NCBI RefSeq assembly: GCF_020745735.1 | Contig: NC_083409.1 | Coordinates: forward strand, 9,351,534 to 9,415,533 | Source of the DNA: Hemiscyllium ocellatum | Taxonomy: Eukaryota | Direction of reading: 5' to 3' | Length of the DNA: 64,000 nucleotides | Shown: in pieces, positions 25,961 to 38,794 of the stretch | Layout: the number at the start of each line of letters is the position of its first letter | Numbering within the stretch: the stretch's first letter is position 1 | Program-made: the position numbers and the translations under genes | Notes under the pieces: generated by a model | Seen by the model: the letters and a program-made list of their open reading frames with translations, nothing else | Database searches by the model: none | What the model was told of the DNA's origin: nothing

Positions 25961-27500
25961 TATGACTCTATGACTATGAAGAGAAGGAGGTGGAGACATT
26001 TTTCATGCCTTTTGAGAAGATATTTAAACAAGTGAGGCGAGGAAAAACAATGGAGTTTGCCCATGCAAAATGAACTTGGGAAGCACAAGAAGTTTCTATA
26101 CCCCTGCCAGAGGAACATTCTCAGGATCACAAGGAAGTGAAAAGGTGAAAAGCACATATGCATCGATCCCAGAAACAAACAGACAGATGTTTCAGAACTT
26201 ACAGAAACAGCCTCCACAAACTTCTACTGAGTTTGAGAGAATTCAGCAAAATAATGTTGACAGGTGGATAAGAGCATTAACAGCTGAGAATACTTACAAT
26301 GCTGTCGGAGAAATTATTCTCTGAGAAGGATTTAAAACTTTCTTCCCTACTAGAATCAGAATTCATGTAAAAGCCTGAAGGGGAAGAACAGCATGACAAG
26401 CAGCTAGAATGGTTAATGATTATAGTCTTCATTAAAGCCAAAACCTTGCAGATGCTGGAATCCAAAGTCGACAAACAGGAGGCTGGAAGAGCACAACAAG
26501 CCAAGCAGCATCAGGAGGTGGAGAAGTCACCTGATGGGCGATTAATCCAGAAGCCTTTTTCCCATCAGGCCCAGAAATGGGAGAAAAATAAAAATTGGGA
26601 GTGTGTGTGGAAGGCAGGTAGACAGGGGAGAGAATGGACAGGAGGGACCTGCCGGAGAACTACTCTTCAGATTAAGAAAGAAATTGCTGAGGCTGGAAGC
26701 GATGATCAGAAGTTGAAACGATTCTCTTGGAATAAGGTGGGCCATGTGCGTATGGAATGTTGGAAGCTGTGAGGTAAGACCCAGGAGATTTATGGGAGTT
26801 AGTAAAAATGAGTCAGAAGAGGGAATGCAAACAGATAATCCCACGGAGCAGGTTGTAGCTGTAACTATAACAAAAAGGCTGGAGGTGAATTCTGTCATCA
26901 GTAAAGGAAGTTGTAAAATAGATGAGAGGTGGACAGGATTTTTATCAAAAGGAATGGTGACTCCTTTTTCTTCAGCTAAACCCAGAATCAAACTGAGAGA
27001 TACAGGGGCAATACAATCACTTTTACTGGAGAAAGAATCGATTTTCCCTCCAGAGAGCTCAATGGATTCTAAGGTGTTCATCAAAATGTACAACTGGAAT
27101 GTGATTTGTTATCAGGAGAAGTAATTGTCGGAGTGGGGAAAATATTCCCTGTTGAGGGAGTTGATTTTCTTCTGGGGAATATTTTGTCAGGATTAAAGGC
27201 AGTATCTTCCCCGATAATTACAGAATGTCCAAAGGAGGGCCAAGAAACAGAACAATGACAGGAACAGGTTCCTGGTCTCTCTCCTTCACGTGAGGTAACC
27301 AGAGCAATGGTTAAACAAAATCCATCAATAAGGGTTGATGTGACATCACAGCAAGTGAAAGGATCGCTGAAACTTTCCAAAAGGGTGAAGATAATCCAGG
27401 TGGAGTGGTTGGTATGATGTCCCTAATTACAACAGATCCAAAAAGCAGATCCCGAATGAAATAAATGAGCACTGTCAGTTCAGACTGAGGTCGAGGCTGG
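25960..27500 (+). mobile_element. Ty3/Gypsy LTR-retrotransposon gag-protease remnant
   Basis: Degenerate zinc knuckle NKVGHVRMECWKL (~26730-26768), aspartic protease motif LRDTGAIQSLL (~26993), VTRAM-like motif at ~27295. Confidence 0.75.
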
Positions 27501-27539
27501 AGGGGTTTCAGAATGCTATTATCTTCAGAATGGAGCACT

Positions 27540-29000
27540 GATGAGGAAGTGGAGACCGCCCCTCCACCACCGTCCCTCCATGGACCCCCAGATGAAGAAT
27601 GGTTGGTTAGATATTGGCTCGTGGTACCATCCAGCTATCACAGGGAGATATCGTGAGGAGCACATCAGATTTCCATGACAGGACCGTGGGGATTTGGAAA
27701 TTGTCCAATTGTCCACAGGCATCCAGAATCAGGTGTTTTATTGAGCCAAAATTATATAAAGATGTGGCACAGTTTTATAAATGTAACATACTTGAACTCA
27801 TTTTTACCAATCTGCCAGCTGCAGATGCTTCTGTCCACGAAAGTACCAGTAAGGGTGACCACCGCACAGTCCTTGTGAAGACCAACACCCGCCTTCATTG
27901 AGAATAGCCTCCATCGTGTTGTGTGGCACTTTCACGAGACTAACTGGGACAGACTTACAACCAATCTCACAACTCATGACTGGGCATCCATGAAGGACTG
28001 TGGGCCATCAACAGCAGCAGAATTGTGCTCCAGCCCCGACACGACCATTATCATCAAACCAGGGAATCAACACTAGTTCAATGGAGAATTCAGGAGGTCG
28101 TACCAGGAGCAGCACCAGTCATTCATCAAGATGAGGTATTCCTGCATTCCTGATGAAGGGTTTTTGCCCGAAAGGTCAATTTTACTGCTCCTCGGATGCT
28201 GCCTGAACTGCTGTGCTTTTCCAGCACCACTCTAATCTAGACTCTGGTTTCCAGCATCTGCAGTCATTGTTTTTACCAAGATGAGGTATTTACCTGGTGA
28301 AACCACCAAACATGACTACTCGCATAGCAAGCAGCACAAGCAGCAATTGACAGACAGTATTAGACAACACACAACCAATGGATCAGGTCTAAGCTCTGCA
28401 GCCCTGTCACATCCAGTCATGAGTACTGGTAGACGATTAAACATCTCACTGGATGAGCGGGCTCCACACAAATATCCCCACCCTCAATGATGGAAGAGTC
28501 CAACACATCAGGGCAAAAGATAAGGCTGAAGCTTTTGCAGAAATCCTCAGCTAGAAGTCCTGAGTGGATGATCCATCTTGGCCTCCTCCAGTGGTCCTCA
28601 GCATTAAAGATAACCATCTTCAGTCAATTTGATTCACTCCACGTGTTATCAAGAAATGGGTGGAGGCACTGGGTACTGCAAAGGCTATGGACCCTGACAA
28701 CATTCTGGTAATAATACTGAAGACTTGTGCTCCAGAACTTGTCACTTCCCTAGCCAAGCTGTTCCAGGAAAGCTATAACACTAGCATCTGCCCGACAATG
28801 TGGATAATTGCCCAACAATGTCCTATACATAAAAAGCAGGACAAATCCAAGCTAGCCAGTTACCGCCCCATCAGCCTCCTCTCGGTCATTAGCGAAGTGA
28901 GGGAATGTGTCATCAACAGCACCTGCTCAGCAATAACCTGCTCAGTGATGCCCAGTTTGGGTTCCACCAGGGTCACTCAGCTCCTGGCTTCATTACAGAT
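27540..29000 (+). mobile_element. Second non-LTR (CR1/L2-superclade) family, EN-RT remnant
   Basis: KAMDPDNI...KTCAPEL...LAKLFQ...KKQDKS...YRPISLLS (28660-29097); related pieces at 12230-12740 (-) and ~54000-54600. Confidence 0.8.
28141..28276 (+). mobile_element. 136-bp Penelope-tail mini-element with 14-bp target-site duplication
   Basis: CAAGATGAGGTATT at 28127-28140 and 28277-28290; insert begins with a hammerhead-like core. Confidence 0.85.
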
Positions 29001-29399
29001 TGGTTCAAACGTGGACAAAAGAGTTGAATTAGGGATGAGCAATAAATGCTGGCCTTGGGCAACTGGGGATAAGCAACTAATCCTGGCCAGCCAGTGATGC
29101 TCACATTACACAAAATGAATAATTTTTTAAAAACACTTGTCAAGTTATAGGTAAACCTCAACATGTGATTGAACCAGCATCCTTAATTCCTCTCTCAGTT
29201 TTTGAGGAACCATTCAGTCGTGTACAGGTGTGTCAAGTAGTGAGTATAATGGAGGAGGGGATGAGAAAAAGCATGAGATCCAAAGGCAATTGGACAATTT
29301 CCAAAGTGAACTTCCTCCTATGAGGTGAACAAATTCAGAGATATTATAGAATTCAGACACTGTATTTTTGCATCTGGAGGAAGATCAACAGAGGGACAG

Positions 29400-32300
29400 A
29401 GTGAGATTGCTCAGAGAATACAAAGAAGTTTGTCTGAGGAGTGGTTGGAGCCAGTATTCAGTCTGTACTTGATGGAGTTTGGAAGGATGAGGGGCAATCT
29501 CAGTGAAACATACTGTATACTGAGAGGCCTGGATAGAGTAGACATGGAGAAGATGTTTCCACTTGGCAGAGAGACTGAGGGCACAGCCTCAGAGTGAAGG
29601 GACCATCCTTTGGAACTGAGATGAGGAGGAGATTTTTCATCCAGAGAGTGGTTAATCTGTGGATTAATCATTGCTGCAGAATGCTGTGGAGGCCAAGTCA
29701 TTGAGTGTATTTAAGACAGAGATAGATGGATTCTTGATTGGTAAAGGGATCAAGGGTAATGGAGAAAAGGCAGGAGATTGGGGTTGACAAACAAATCAAT
29801 TATGATCGAATGGCAGGGCAGACGTGATGGGCTGAATGGCCTAACTCTACACTGATACATGGTCTTTAGAAGATACACTTAGGTGTCCCAGATTAATCGA
29901 ACATGATGTGGATGTAGGTTATTCAGACCCAGTAAAACAAAATCCATTTTGATTAAAACCAGAGAAATAAGTCAAAGTAACAAATGAAGCTCAATTCATG
30001 TTGGAGAATCAATTGATTGAACTGTCAGCGTAATTGGAGTTCTCTTGTGTAGGATTGAGCAAAAGTCACTATCATCTAAAACCCTGGATTTTTTGTAAAA
30101 AATGGCTGCCTGGAGCTATTGTTCTGCCTGGAATTCCAGTTCACACTTCAACTCTGAAAGGGACACCAACCAGAACACAATCTCTTGACTAAAACTAACT
30201 TTTACAACCTCGGCCTACTAACACACACTACCAACAAGCAGCTTTAGAACCAACAACTACAGAGGCTGAACAGAGAAGCTGAATCCAGACACCAAACCAA
30301 GAGCATCATCGTAACAAAGGACACCCGAGAGCAGGAACACCAACCAAACGCTATCTGAACAAGAGCTTCCAGACACAGGCCTGTTCTGAATAAACACAGA
30401 GATTCTTTTGCCCTGAAACACCTGTCTATTGCCTTCTCAATTTCACAGTTTTAAATCAGCCCATTTGTGGAACCAGGGATCTGGGGATGATTCAAACCAC
30501 CTAAAAATCAGCAAATTACTGATCACAAACAAGAGAGGGTCCCCTGATTGAACTGTTAAGAGTAGTTGGAGTTCTCTTGTTTGGTGACTCAGCCAGATGT
30601 TTCAATTCGATTCTGTGTACACTATAGGAAAGTGAATGTAGTCACAAAGATGGATTTGTAACCTATTCCCAGGTCAGAAGATTGCATTGAAATGGTGGGT
30701 AGTGTGTCATTCCTATTGAAAATTGATTGGATGAAAGTATATTGACAAGTATCGCTGACAAAAGCTGACAAGGAAAATTCTGCCTTTGCTCCATTCTGGA
30801 TCTTTGTACACAAAGGAAAACTCAAATCCATTTGAAACATGTTGGGACGTCAGGGTATAGACTGAGGGCAGAACTGAAGAAAATTAGTTTTATTCGGGAA
30901 ATGGTTTTGGAAAGTTTATGGGATTAAAGTTTGATAAATCCGCAGGGACCAATAACCTACATTTCAGATTACTTCAGGAATTGCCCAAAAATTTTGGGAA
31001 CATTGGTGTTCAAGATTCTATTGATTCTGGAACTTTCCCAGTGACTGGAGAGTTGCGAATGTAACATCACTGTTTAAAATGGGAGGGAGAGAGAAAAGTG
31101 GGCAACCTGGACCAGTCAGCCTGGCATTGGTATTGGGAAAAATAGTCAAGTTCGTTGTGAAAGATTTAATCACTGGGCACGTGGAAGACAGTGATAGGAT
31201 TAGACAGAGTCAGCATGGTTTGTGGAAAGGGAAATCATGCAGAACAAATTGACTGGAATTGTTCGAGGATGGAATGAGCAGATTTGACAAGGGGGAGCCA
31301 ACGGATGTGGTTTATCTGGAACCTTCAGAAGGCTTTTAAACAGTCCCACAGTAGAAATTAGCGAGTAAAAGTAAGACTCAATGGACTGGGGCAGTGTACT
31401 GACATGGATAGAGAAGTGGTTGGCAGGCTGGAAACAAAGAGTAAAAAAAAAACAGACCTTTTCAGAAAAAGGTCTGTTTTTTTTACTCTTTGTTTCCAGC
31501 CTGCCAACCACTTCTCTATTCATGTCAGTAATGTTCATATTTGTTCATGGTTTAGATGAGGGAACTTAAGAGTAATATCTCCAATTTGCAGATGACACAA
31601 AGCTGGGTGGGAGGGGGAGCAGTGAAGAAGATGCAGAGATGCCTGTGTCCGTGTATACCAGTCACTGAAAGTCAGCGTGTAGGTGCAGCAGGCAGTGCAG
31701 AAGGTAAATGATATGTTACCTTTATAGTGAGAGAATTTGCGTACAGGAACAGGGATGTCTTGCTGTAATTGTATGGGGCCTTAGTGAGTCCACTCCTGAA
31801 TATTCAAACCAAAACTGGTTCAGTGACAGGAGACAGAGGGTGGAGGCAGAAATTTGTTTATGTGACTGGGCCCAGTGTGCAGTGGGATACCACAGGGATC
31901 AGTGCTGGGTCCCTTATTGTTCAGGATGTATTGAAACAATGAAGATGAGAATGTGAGAGGTGAGGGGTGGGGGTGAGTGGATGATGACTGAGTTTTTGGA
32001 TGACACGAGGTTTGGCAGATGGTTGACAATGAGGAAGAAGGTCTTGGGTGACACGAGGATCTAACTGGATTGGTCAGATGGGCAGATCAGAGTCAGATGG
32101 AACTTACCCCTGATAAATGTGAGGTGATGAACTTTGGACAATGTAACAGGTGAATAAAGTATTGATGAAATCATATGGGACACTTGCCTTTATCATTTCA
32201 GGTATAGATGAGAAGACCAGGGAAGATATGTTGGAGCTATTCAGAATTTTTGTTAGGCCACAGCTGGAGTACTGTGTGCAGTTCTGGTCACCACGCAATC

Positions 32301-33330
32301 GGAAGGATGGGATTGTATTGGAGGGGGTGCAGAGAATAGTCACCAGGATGTTGCTTGGGATGAAGCATTTCAGCGATGAAGAGAGGCTGGATAAACTCGG
32401 GTTGTTTTCTTTGAAGCAGAGAAGGTTGAGAGGACCTGATAGAGGTGTAAACGGCTATGAGGGGAATGGACACAATGAATAGAAAGCAGTTGTTCCTCTT
32501 CTTCGGAGTTGGCACACATTCACTGTGAAAGACAGGAGCTTCATAGGGGATTTGAAGAGGAGATTTTCACCCAGAGGGTGGTGGGGGTCTGGTTTGCATT
32601 GTCTGGGCTGGTAGTTGAGGAGGACTTTTAAAAGTACTTGGATTAACCCTTGAAATATCATAACATTTAAAGCTATGGGCCTTGTGTTGGAAATTTGGAT
32701 GAATGCAGGTTTACTGTAGTTTGGATGGTACAGGTACAATGGGTCGAAGGGCCTCTTCTGTACTGTGCGATTTTACGATTGTATTGTGTGCAGTTTTGGT
32801 CTACTTATCTGAGGAAAGATGTTCTGGCTGTGGAGGGAGGGCAGCGAAGGTTTACCAGGCTGACTCCTGGGATGACAGCAATTAGACTTAGATCTGATGA
32901 GAAACTGGACCAGTTAGGATTATATTCACTGGAGGTTAGAAGATTATGGGGAGTCACACTGAAAACTCTAGAATCCTAACAGGACAAGACAGGATGTTCC
33001 TGATGACGAAGGAGTCCAGAATCAAGGATTAAAGTTTAAGGATACGGGAAAGGACATTTAGAGCTGAGATGGAGAGAAATATTTTCATTCTACAGGAAGC
33101 CTGTAGACGTTTCTGTCACTGAAAGCAGTTCAGCTCAAACCACTGAATGTTTTCCAGAAAGGGCACAATACAGTTCTTAGAATGAAAGGGATCAAAGGTT
33201 ATGGGGATGAAGCAGGAACAGGCAGCTGAGTTGGATGATCAGCCATGATCATATTGAATGGCAGAACAGGCTCGAAGGGCTGAATGGCCTATTCCTGCTC
33301 CGAGTTTCACTGTTTGAGAGATTGTTCATC
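29400..33330 (+). mobile_element. Stacked CR1 fragments with an unclassified segment at ~29880-30840
   Basis: RT and 3' motifs (QHGF, IEKWLAG, LEYCVQFWSP, FTQRV) on +. Confidence 0.7.
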
Positions 33331-33927
33331 AACGTGGAACCATATTGAATAAGAGAAAAAACATTTGCCTTGGGTTAGGAATTAGTTTGGAGATAGGAGA
33401 CAGAGTGAGGGAATAATGTGTGTGTCCTCAAATGAGCAAGAGGTGAATAGTGGTGTGCCCAGGGATCCGTCCTGGGACTTTAGCATTTCATAATATTTCT
33501 GAATGACTTGGATGAAGGAATAGAGAGCCATATATCCAAGATTGCTGACCACACTGAGTGAGGCAGCTAGGAGGAGGTTACAGAGATGGGGAGGGTCGAT
33601 GGACAGGGAGGGACTTCAGAACAAGGACGAGAATTTGAAAATCGAGGTGTTATTGGACCGGGAGCCAATGTCGCTCAGTGAGGACAGTGGGGGATGGGGA
33701 TGGGATTTGTTGCGAGTTCGGATTCGGGCAGCAGAGTTTTGGTGTGAGCTGAAGTTTACAGAGGGCAGTGGCTGTGATGTGGCCCAAGACAACATTAGAA
33801 TGGTCATGTTTGGAGTCCCAAAGCAACGAGTGGGACTTTCAGTGAGTGATCTCTGTGCTGTGGAGGATTTGGGGCTCAGATCAGCCTCAAAGATGAGGCC
33901 AAGATTTTAAGGAATCTGGTATGAAAT

Positions 33928-34149
33928 AAAAGCCGAAAAAGCTGCAGATGCTGCAAATGAGGAACAAAAACAGAAATTGCTGGAAAAGCTCGGCAGGTCT
34001 GGCACCATCTGTGGAGAGAAAGCAGAGTTAAAATTTTGGGACGTGAACCTTCTCAGAACTGTTCTGAGGAAGGGTCACTCGACCTGAAAGGTTAACTCTG
34101 ATTTCTTTCCCCAGATGCTGCCAGACCTGCTGAGGTATTCTGTTTTTGT
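33928..34149. mobile_element. Palindromic Penelope-tail-derived element with back-to-back hammerhead-like cores
   Basis: Imperfect inverted arms centred on CTCAGAAC-T-GTTCTGAG (34052-34068); absent from the left arm. Confidence 0.75.
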
Positions 34150-34199
34150 AAAGAGTCTGGTTGAGCAGCAGACAGTGCTCAGGGAGAGGGATGGAGGTT

Positions 34200-34495
34200 G
34201 TACCGGGACCTGAAGGGGATGGCTTTGATCTTCCCAATGTGTTTCCCAGTGAGCCTGGCTACTCAGTCCTGACTGCTCTTAGCTGCTGTGATTGTCACTG
34301 ATTGGACACTTATTATTAGAGATTCTGACCACAGCAGAAAGCCCCAGTGTAAAAAATAACTGCAAAGGCTGTCAGATCGCAAGGTTGAAACTTCACCAAG
34401 TGAGGAAGTGAAAGAAGGAGCTCGGAGCAGCTGCACATTTGTTACTGAGATGGGAGAAAACTGTGAACTGTCTGCACTCCCTGGAATCTGACAGC
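34200..34495 (+). promoter_or_regulatory. Conserved non-repeat island with Ets-IRF composite element and E-box (right copy)
   Basis: GAGGAAGTGAAA 34402-34413, CAGCTG 34428-34433, inverted CCAAT (GATTGG) near 34300. Confidence 0.6.
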
Positions 34496-35464
34496 ACATA
34501 AGAACATTAAAACCAGGAGCAGGAGCAGGCTCTCTGGCCTCTTGGGCTGCTCTGCCATTCAGTAAGATCATGGCTGATCTTTTCATGGCATCAGCTCCCC
34601 CTTATCCACCTTTTCACCAAAACCCTTGATTCATTTACTGTTCAAAAAATTACCTAAATCAGCTTTAAAAACATTTACTGAGGAAACCTCAACGACTTCG
34701 CTGGGCAGGGAATTCCATAGATTCACCACCCTCTGGGTGAAGAAGTTCCTTCTCTATTTAGTCCTAAACCTGCACCCCCCCCCCCCCGCACCTGTGGTGT
34801 CTGTGAGTGATCCAATTATTCCCACTGCCCCCTCTCTCCCCATAACCCAGCAAATCTTTCCTTTCAGCTCGATCTCCAGCTGCCTCTTGTTGACTTGGGT
34901 CCACAGCAGAGACTGTCCCTAACCTGGGCTCCAAGCTGGCATCTCATTCATTCATTGGGAGGCAAACTGCCTGGGCTGGGAAATGGAGCTCAGGACCCTG
35001 AACATTCCCTCTCCCCTCCTGAGGGACATTTGATGCTGAGGTTTAATTCTATGGAACTTTACAATATATGCCTACAATACACACTTCTCCATTCTGTGTG
35101 TAAAAGGCTGGAGCCTGCCAGCAGGATATTCAACTGCAGGAGCCGTCATCAATTTGACCAATTCTGACCACACCCACTCTCCGTAAACTTTCAACTAATT
35201 ACTAAAATCAAATCTGTCAATCTCCTCCTTGGTATGAGACAGGGAAGGGGCCATTTCATTCCAGACAATTTGGAATTTATGGAGCACAGATGGAGTAAGC
35301 TGAGAGAGGACATCAGAATGTTGGAGTTTGGAGGTGGGATGAGCAGGAATAAGAGTTTCTGTGGTCAAGGGGCTGATGTAGTGCAGAGACAAACAATGTA
35401 GTGGAGATTGAAATAAGAGACCTAGGTGATGGAGAGGAAGTGGGGTTTGAAGCTCCAATACTGG

Positions 35465-37010
35465 AGGGTCCAGTGGGAAAGAAGCTCAGGCTTATTGCTG
35501 TCCATTGGACATTCCAGTGGGATGGAGGCCCATGTTTCCTGATCTCTGTTGGAGGTTCCAATTGAGTCCCATGGAATTGGAATGTTGGCATTTCTTGCAG
35601 CAATTGGAATCTTGGTATTTATTATAAAAGGACTGAATTACAGAAATAAAGAAATATTGTGACAATTCTATTAGGCATTGGTGAGACCACATCTGAAGCA
35701 TTGTGTCCAGTTGTGGTCTCCTTACTTGGTGAAGGATATGGTGGCACTGGATTCAGTTCAGAGGATGTTCACCAGACTGATTCCCCGGATGAAAGGGCTG
35801 CCATATGAGGAATGGTTGAATAGCTAGGGCTTGTACTCACTGGAATTCAGTTGTATGAAGGGGAGATCTGAGTGAAGTATATAAGATGCTAAAGGAGATT
35901 GATAGGGCAAGCATTGAACAGATGTACTCTCTTGTGGGCCAGTCTCGAACAAGAGGTCATAGACATAGAGTGAGAGGAGGTATGTTTAAAACTGAGATGA
36001 GGAGAAACTACAGGTGACAGAGTGGTGCAGTGGTGAGCACTGCTGCCTCACAGTGCCAGGGCCCCAGGTTCGACTCCACCCTCAGGCAACTGCATGGAGT
36101 TTGCACATTCTCCCCCTGTCTGTGTGAGCTTCATCTGTGTGCTCTGATTTCCTCCCACAGTCTAATGATGTACACGTTCAGAGGATTGGCCATGCTAATT
36201 TACCCATAGTGTCCAGGAAAGTGTAGGTTAGATTCATTAGTCATGGGAAATATAGGGTTACAGGGAAAAGGTTCCAGAATGGCTCTGGGTGGAATGCTCT
36301 TTGAAGGGTTGGTGTGGACTTATTGGGCTGAATGGCCTGGTTTCATACTGTATGGAATCTGTTCCATTCCAACTACTTCTCGCAGAAGGTTGCGAATCTG
36401 TGGATGTCAGTGCGCACCATCATCTCCACCCCCCCTCCCCACTCCCCCCCCCCCTCCCCACCCCCTTCCTCAAGCACAGTGGAGGCAGAATCAATCAACA
36501 GATTCAAGAAAGAAACAGATATCTTTCTGATGAAAAGCAGGATAGAGGGCAATAGGTAGCCGTCTGGAAAGTGGAGAGGAGGTTAAGTTCAGCCATGATC
36601 ATGTTAAATAGGAAACGGGTTTGATTACCTATTCCTGCTCCTCATTCCGAAGTTCAATCTTGCAATGAGATCCTTGTTTACTGGTCTGTATTGGAGGATC
36701 CATTCACAAAGAGTCACATCTTTACTGGTCTGTATTGGAGGAGCCAGTTTGAAGCTCGTCTATATTTACTGGTCTGCACTGGAGAGTTCAAAGAAATGGA
36801 GGCCTTTCTCTCCTGGTTTCTATTGGAGGGCCCAGTAGGAATAAGGTCCATGTTAACTAGGCTCTGCTCGAGTATTCAGTGGGAAATAGATCCATATTTA
36901 CTGGTCTCCATTGGAGGCTCCAGCGGCAAAGATGCCTATGTTTAATGGTCTCTACTGGAGAGTTCTGTGGGAATGAATTCCATGCTTACTGGTCTCCACT
37001 GGACAGTCCA
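35465..37010. repeat. Right copy of the 44-bp array (35465-35580 and 36670-37010), split by CR1 and SINE insertions
   Basis: Repeated TTTACTGGTCT cores (reverse complement of the left-array core); + strand CR1 and a SINE at ~35590-36660. Confidence 0.8.
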
Positions 37011-37477
37011 GTGGGACATGGATACTGTAGTGAGTGTGGGGCTCATTTCCTTTCTGTAGTAACTGTGTGATGGTCCAATCCTCATACCAATAAAACTGGA
37101 GCTTGACCATGGAAGGGAAAGGTGAGGGGAAAGGATTGGAACATGTTGTGAATGGATAGGATGGGTCAATGGGTCAGATCCTGTCCTATCCCTCCAGGTC
37201 ATACTGATGGCCTGAGGATCTCCTCCCTCTGCTGGGCTTTCATGGAATGAGGTTTGTGTCCAAACCAGTCCCCAGGAAGAATGGGCCAACAGCACAGAAT
37301 TGCCCTTCATTTGACAAGAATCTGACCGTCTTCCTGAGAGAGGCCAAACCCTGGTCAATGTGGGAAATGGGCCTTTATTCCAGGAGTAGACATACTCCTG
37401 GTGTCAAGGGTTAACATCCATTAGATTTGGAGGAGATATAACCTGTATTTAACTTTTACCACTTGGGACCTTGTTGG

Positions 37478-37494
37478 AAAGGCAGAGAGTGTGC

Positions 37495-37530
<36 letters not shown>

Positions 37531-38763
37531 ATGTTGACGAGAGAGACATAGAAGGGCAGGGTGTGAAAGTGAGAGAGAGCAGGATAAAGAATCTCAGGCA
37601 GTGTAAGATGAGTAAAAGCGGGGGGAGAGAGAGAGGTAGAGAGAGGTAGAGATGGTGGAGTTGAAGAATAGAGATAGAGCGAGATAGAGTATGAGACAGT
37701 GTGACTGAGAGAGAGGGGACAGAGAGAGAGACAGACAGACAGAGTAGGTGTGAGACAAAGAGTAGAGGCAATCCAGTGAAAGAGAGAGACAGACGTGCAG
37801 AGATGTTCTGGTCACCATATTATGAGAAAGATATGACTGTACTCGAGATGGTGCAAAGATTTCCCAGGATGCTGCCTGGCCTGGAGGGTGTGAGCTATGA
37901 GGAAGGATTGGAAAGTTTGGGATTGTTTCTCTTGGAGCAGTGAAGGTTGAGAGGGAACCTGCTGAAGGGCAAAAAGATTATGAGAGGCAGGGATAGAGTG
38001 GACAGGAAGGCAACTTTTTCCATGAATAGAGGGATCAATATCCAGGGACAGAGATTGGAGATTACACAGACATACAAAGATAGAAATAGAGAGCAGGAGT
38101 AGGGTTAGGTTTAGGGTTAGGGTTAGGGTAAGGGTTAGGGATTGGCCCTGTGAGTCTGTTCTGCCATTCAATATGACCATGGCTGATCCTCTCCCTCAAT
38201 GCCAAGCTGGGATTGATGTTGCTAGATCATTGATGATCAGTAGAGACTTGTTAAATGCTGTTCATGTCATTGAACTTTTGATTGAGAGAGACACAGAAGA
38301 CACACACAGACAGAGACAGAGAGCAAGTGTACATTGTGAGATTGAGTGAGAGAGGGCGAGGCATTTAATTGCTGCCCCAGGACTCACTGTTCCAATGTCC
38401 TGGAATAATGCCTGCTAGAGAGTGACTGGAGGGAGGGAAACAAAGAGAGAGTGAGGCAATTAGAGATTGAGGGTATAAGGAGAGAATGAGTGAGGAATTA
38501 GGTAGTAATATAAGTGAAGGAGAAGAATGAATGATCAGAAAGAGAGAGAGAGAGAGACCAACCAAAACAGAAGGGAGGGAGATAAACAGAATGTCAAACA
38601 TACATGGAAAAAAGGAAAGATATAAGTAGTTATATAATTGGGAGAGGACAGAGTTGGAGACGGAAATAGAAAAAGAGAGAGAAAGTCAACGAATAACAAG
38701 AACGTATACAAGAGAAGGGTGAGAAAGAGAAAAAAGGGAAAAGGGAGAAAGAAAAGAAAGGAT

Positions 38764-38790
<27 letters not shown>
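37478..38790 (+). repeat. GA-rich low-complexity tracts upstream of the V promoter
   Basis: (GA)n and purine-rich runs 37478-37800 and 38280-38790; mirrored as CT-rich 8300-8845 and 7331-7360. Confidence 0.85.
38100..38140 (+). repeat. Interstitial telomere-like (TTAGGG)~7
   Basis: tagggttaggtttagggttagggttagggtaagggttaggg. Confidence 0.9.
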
Positions 38791-38794
<4 letters not shown>

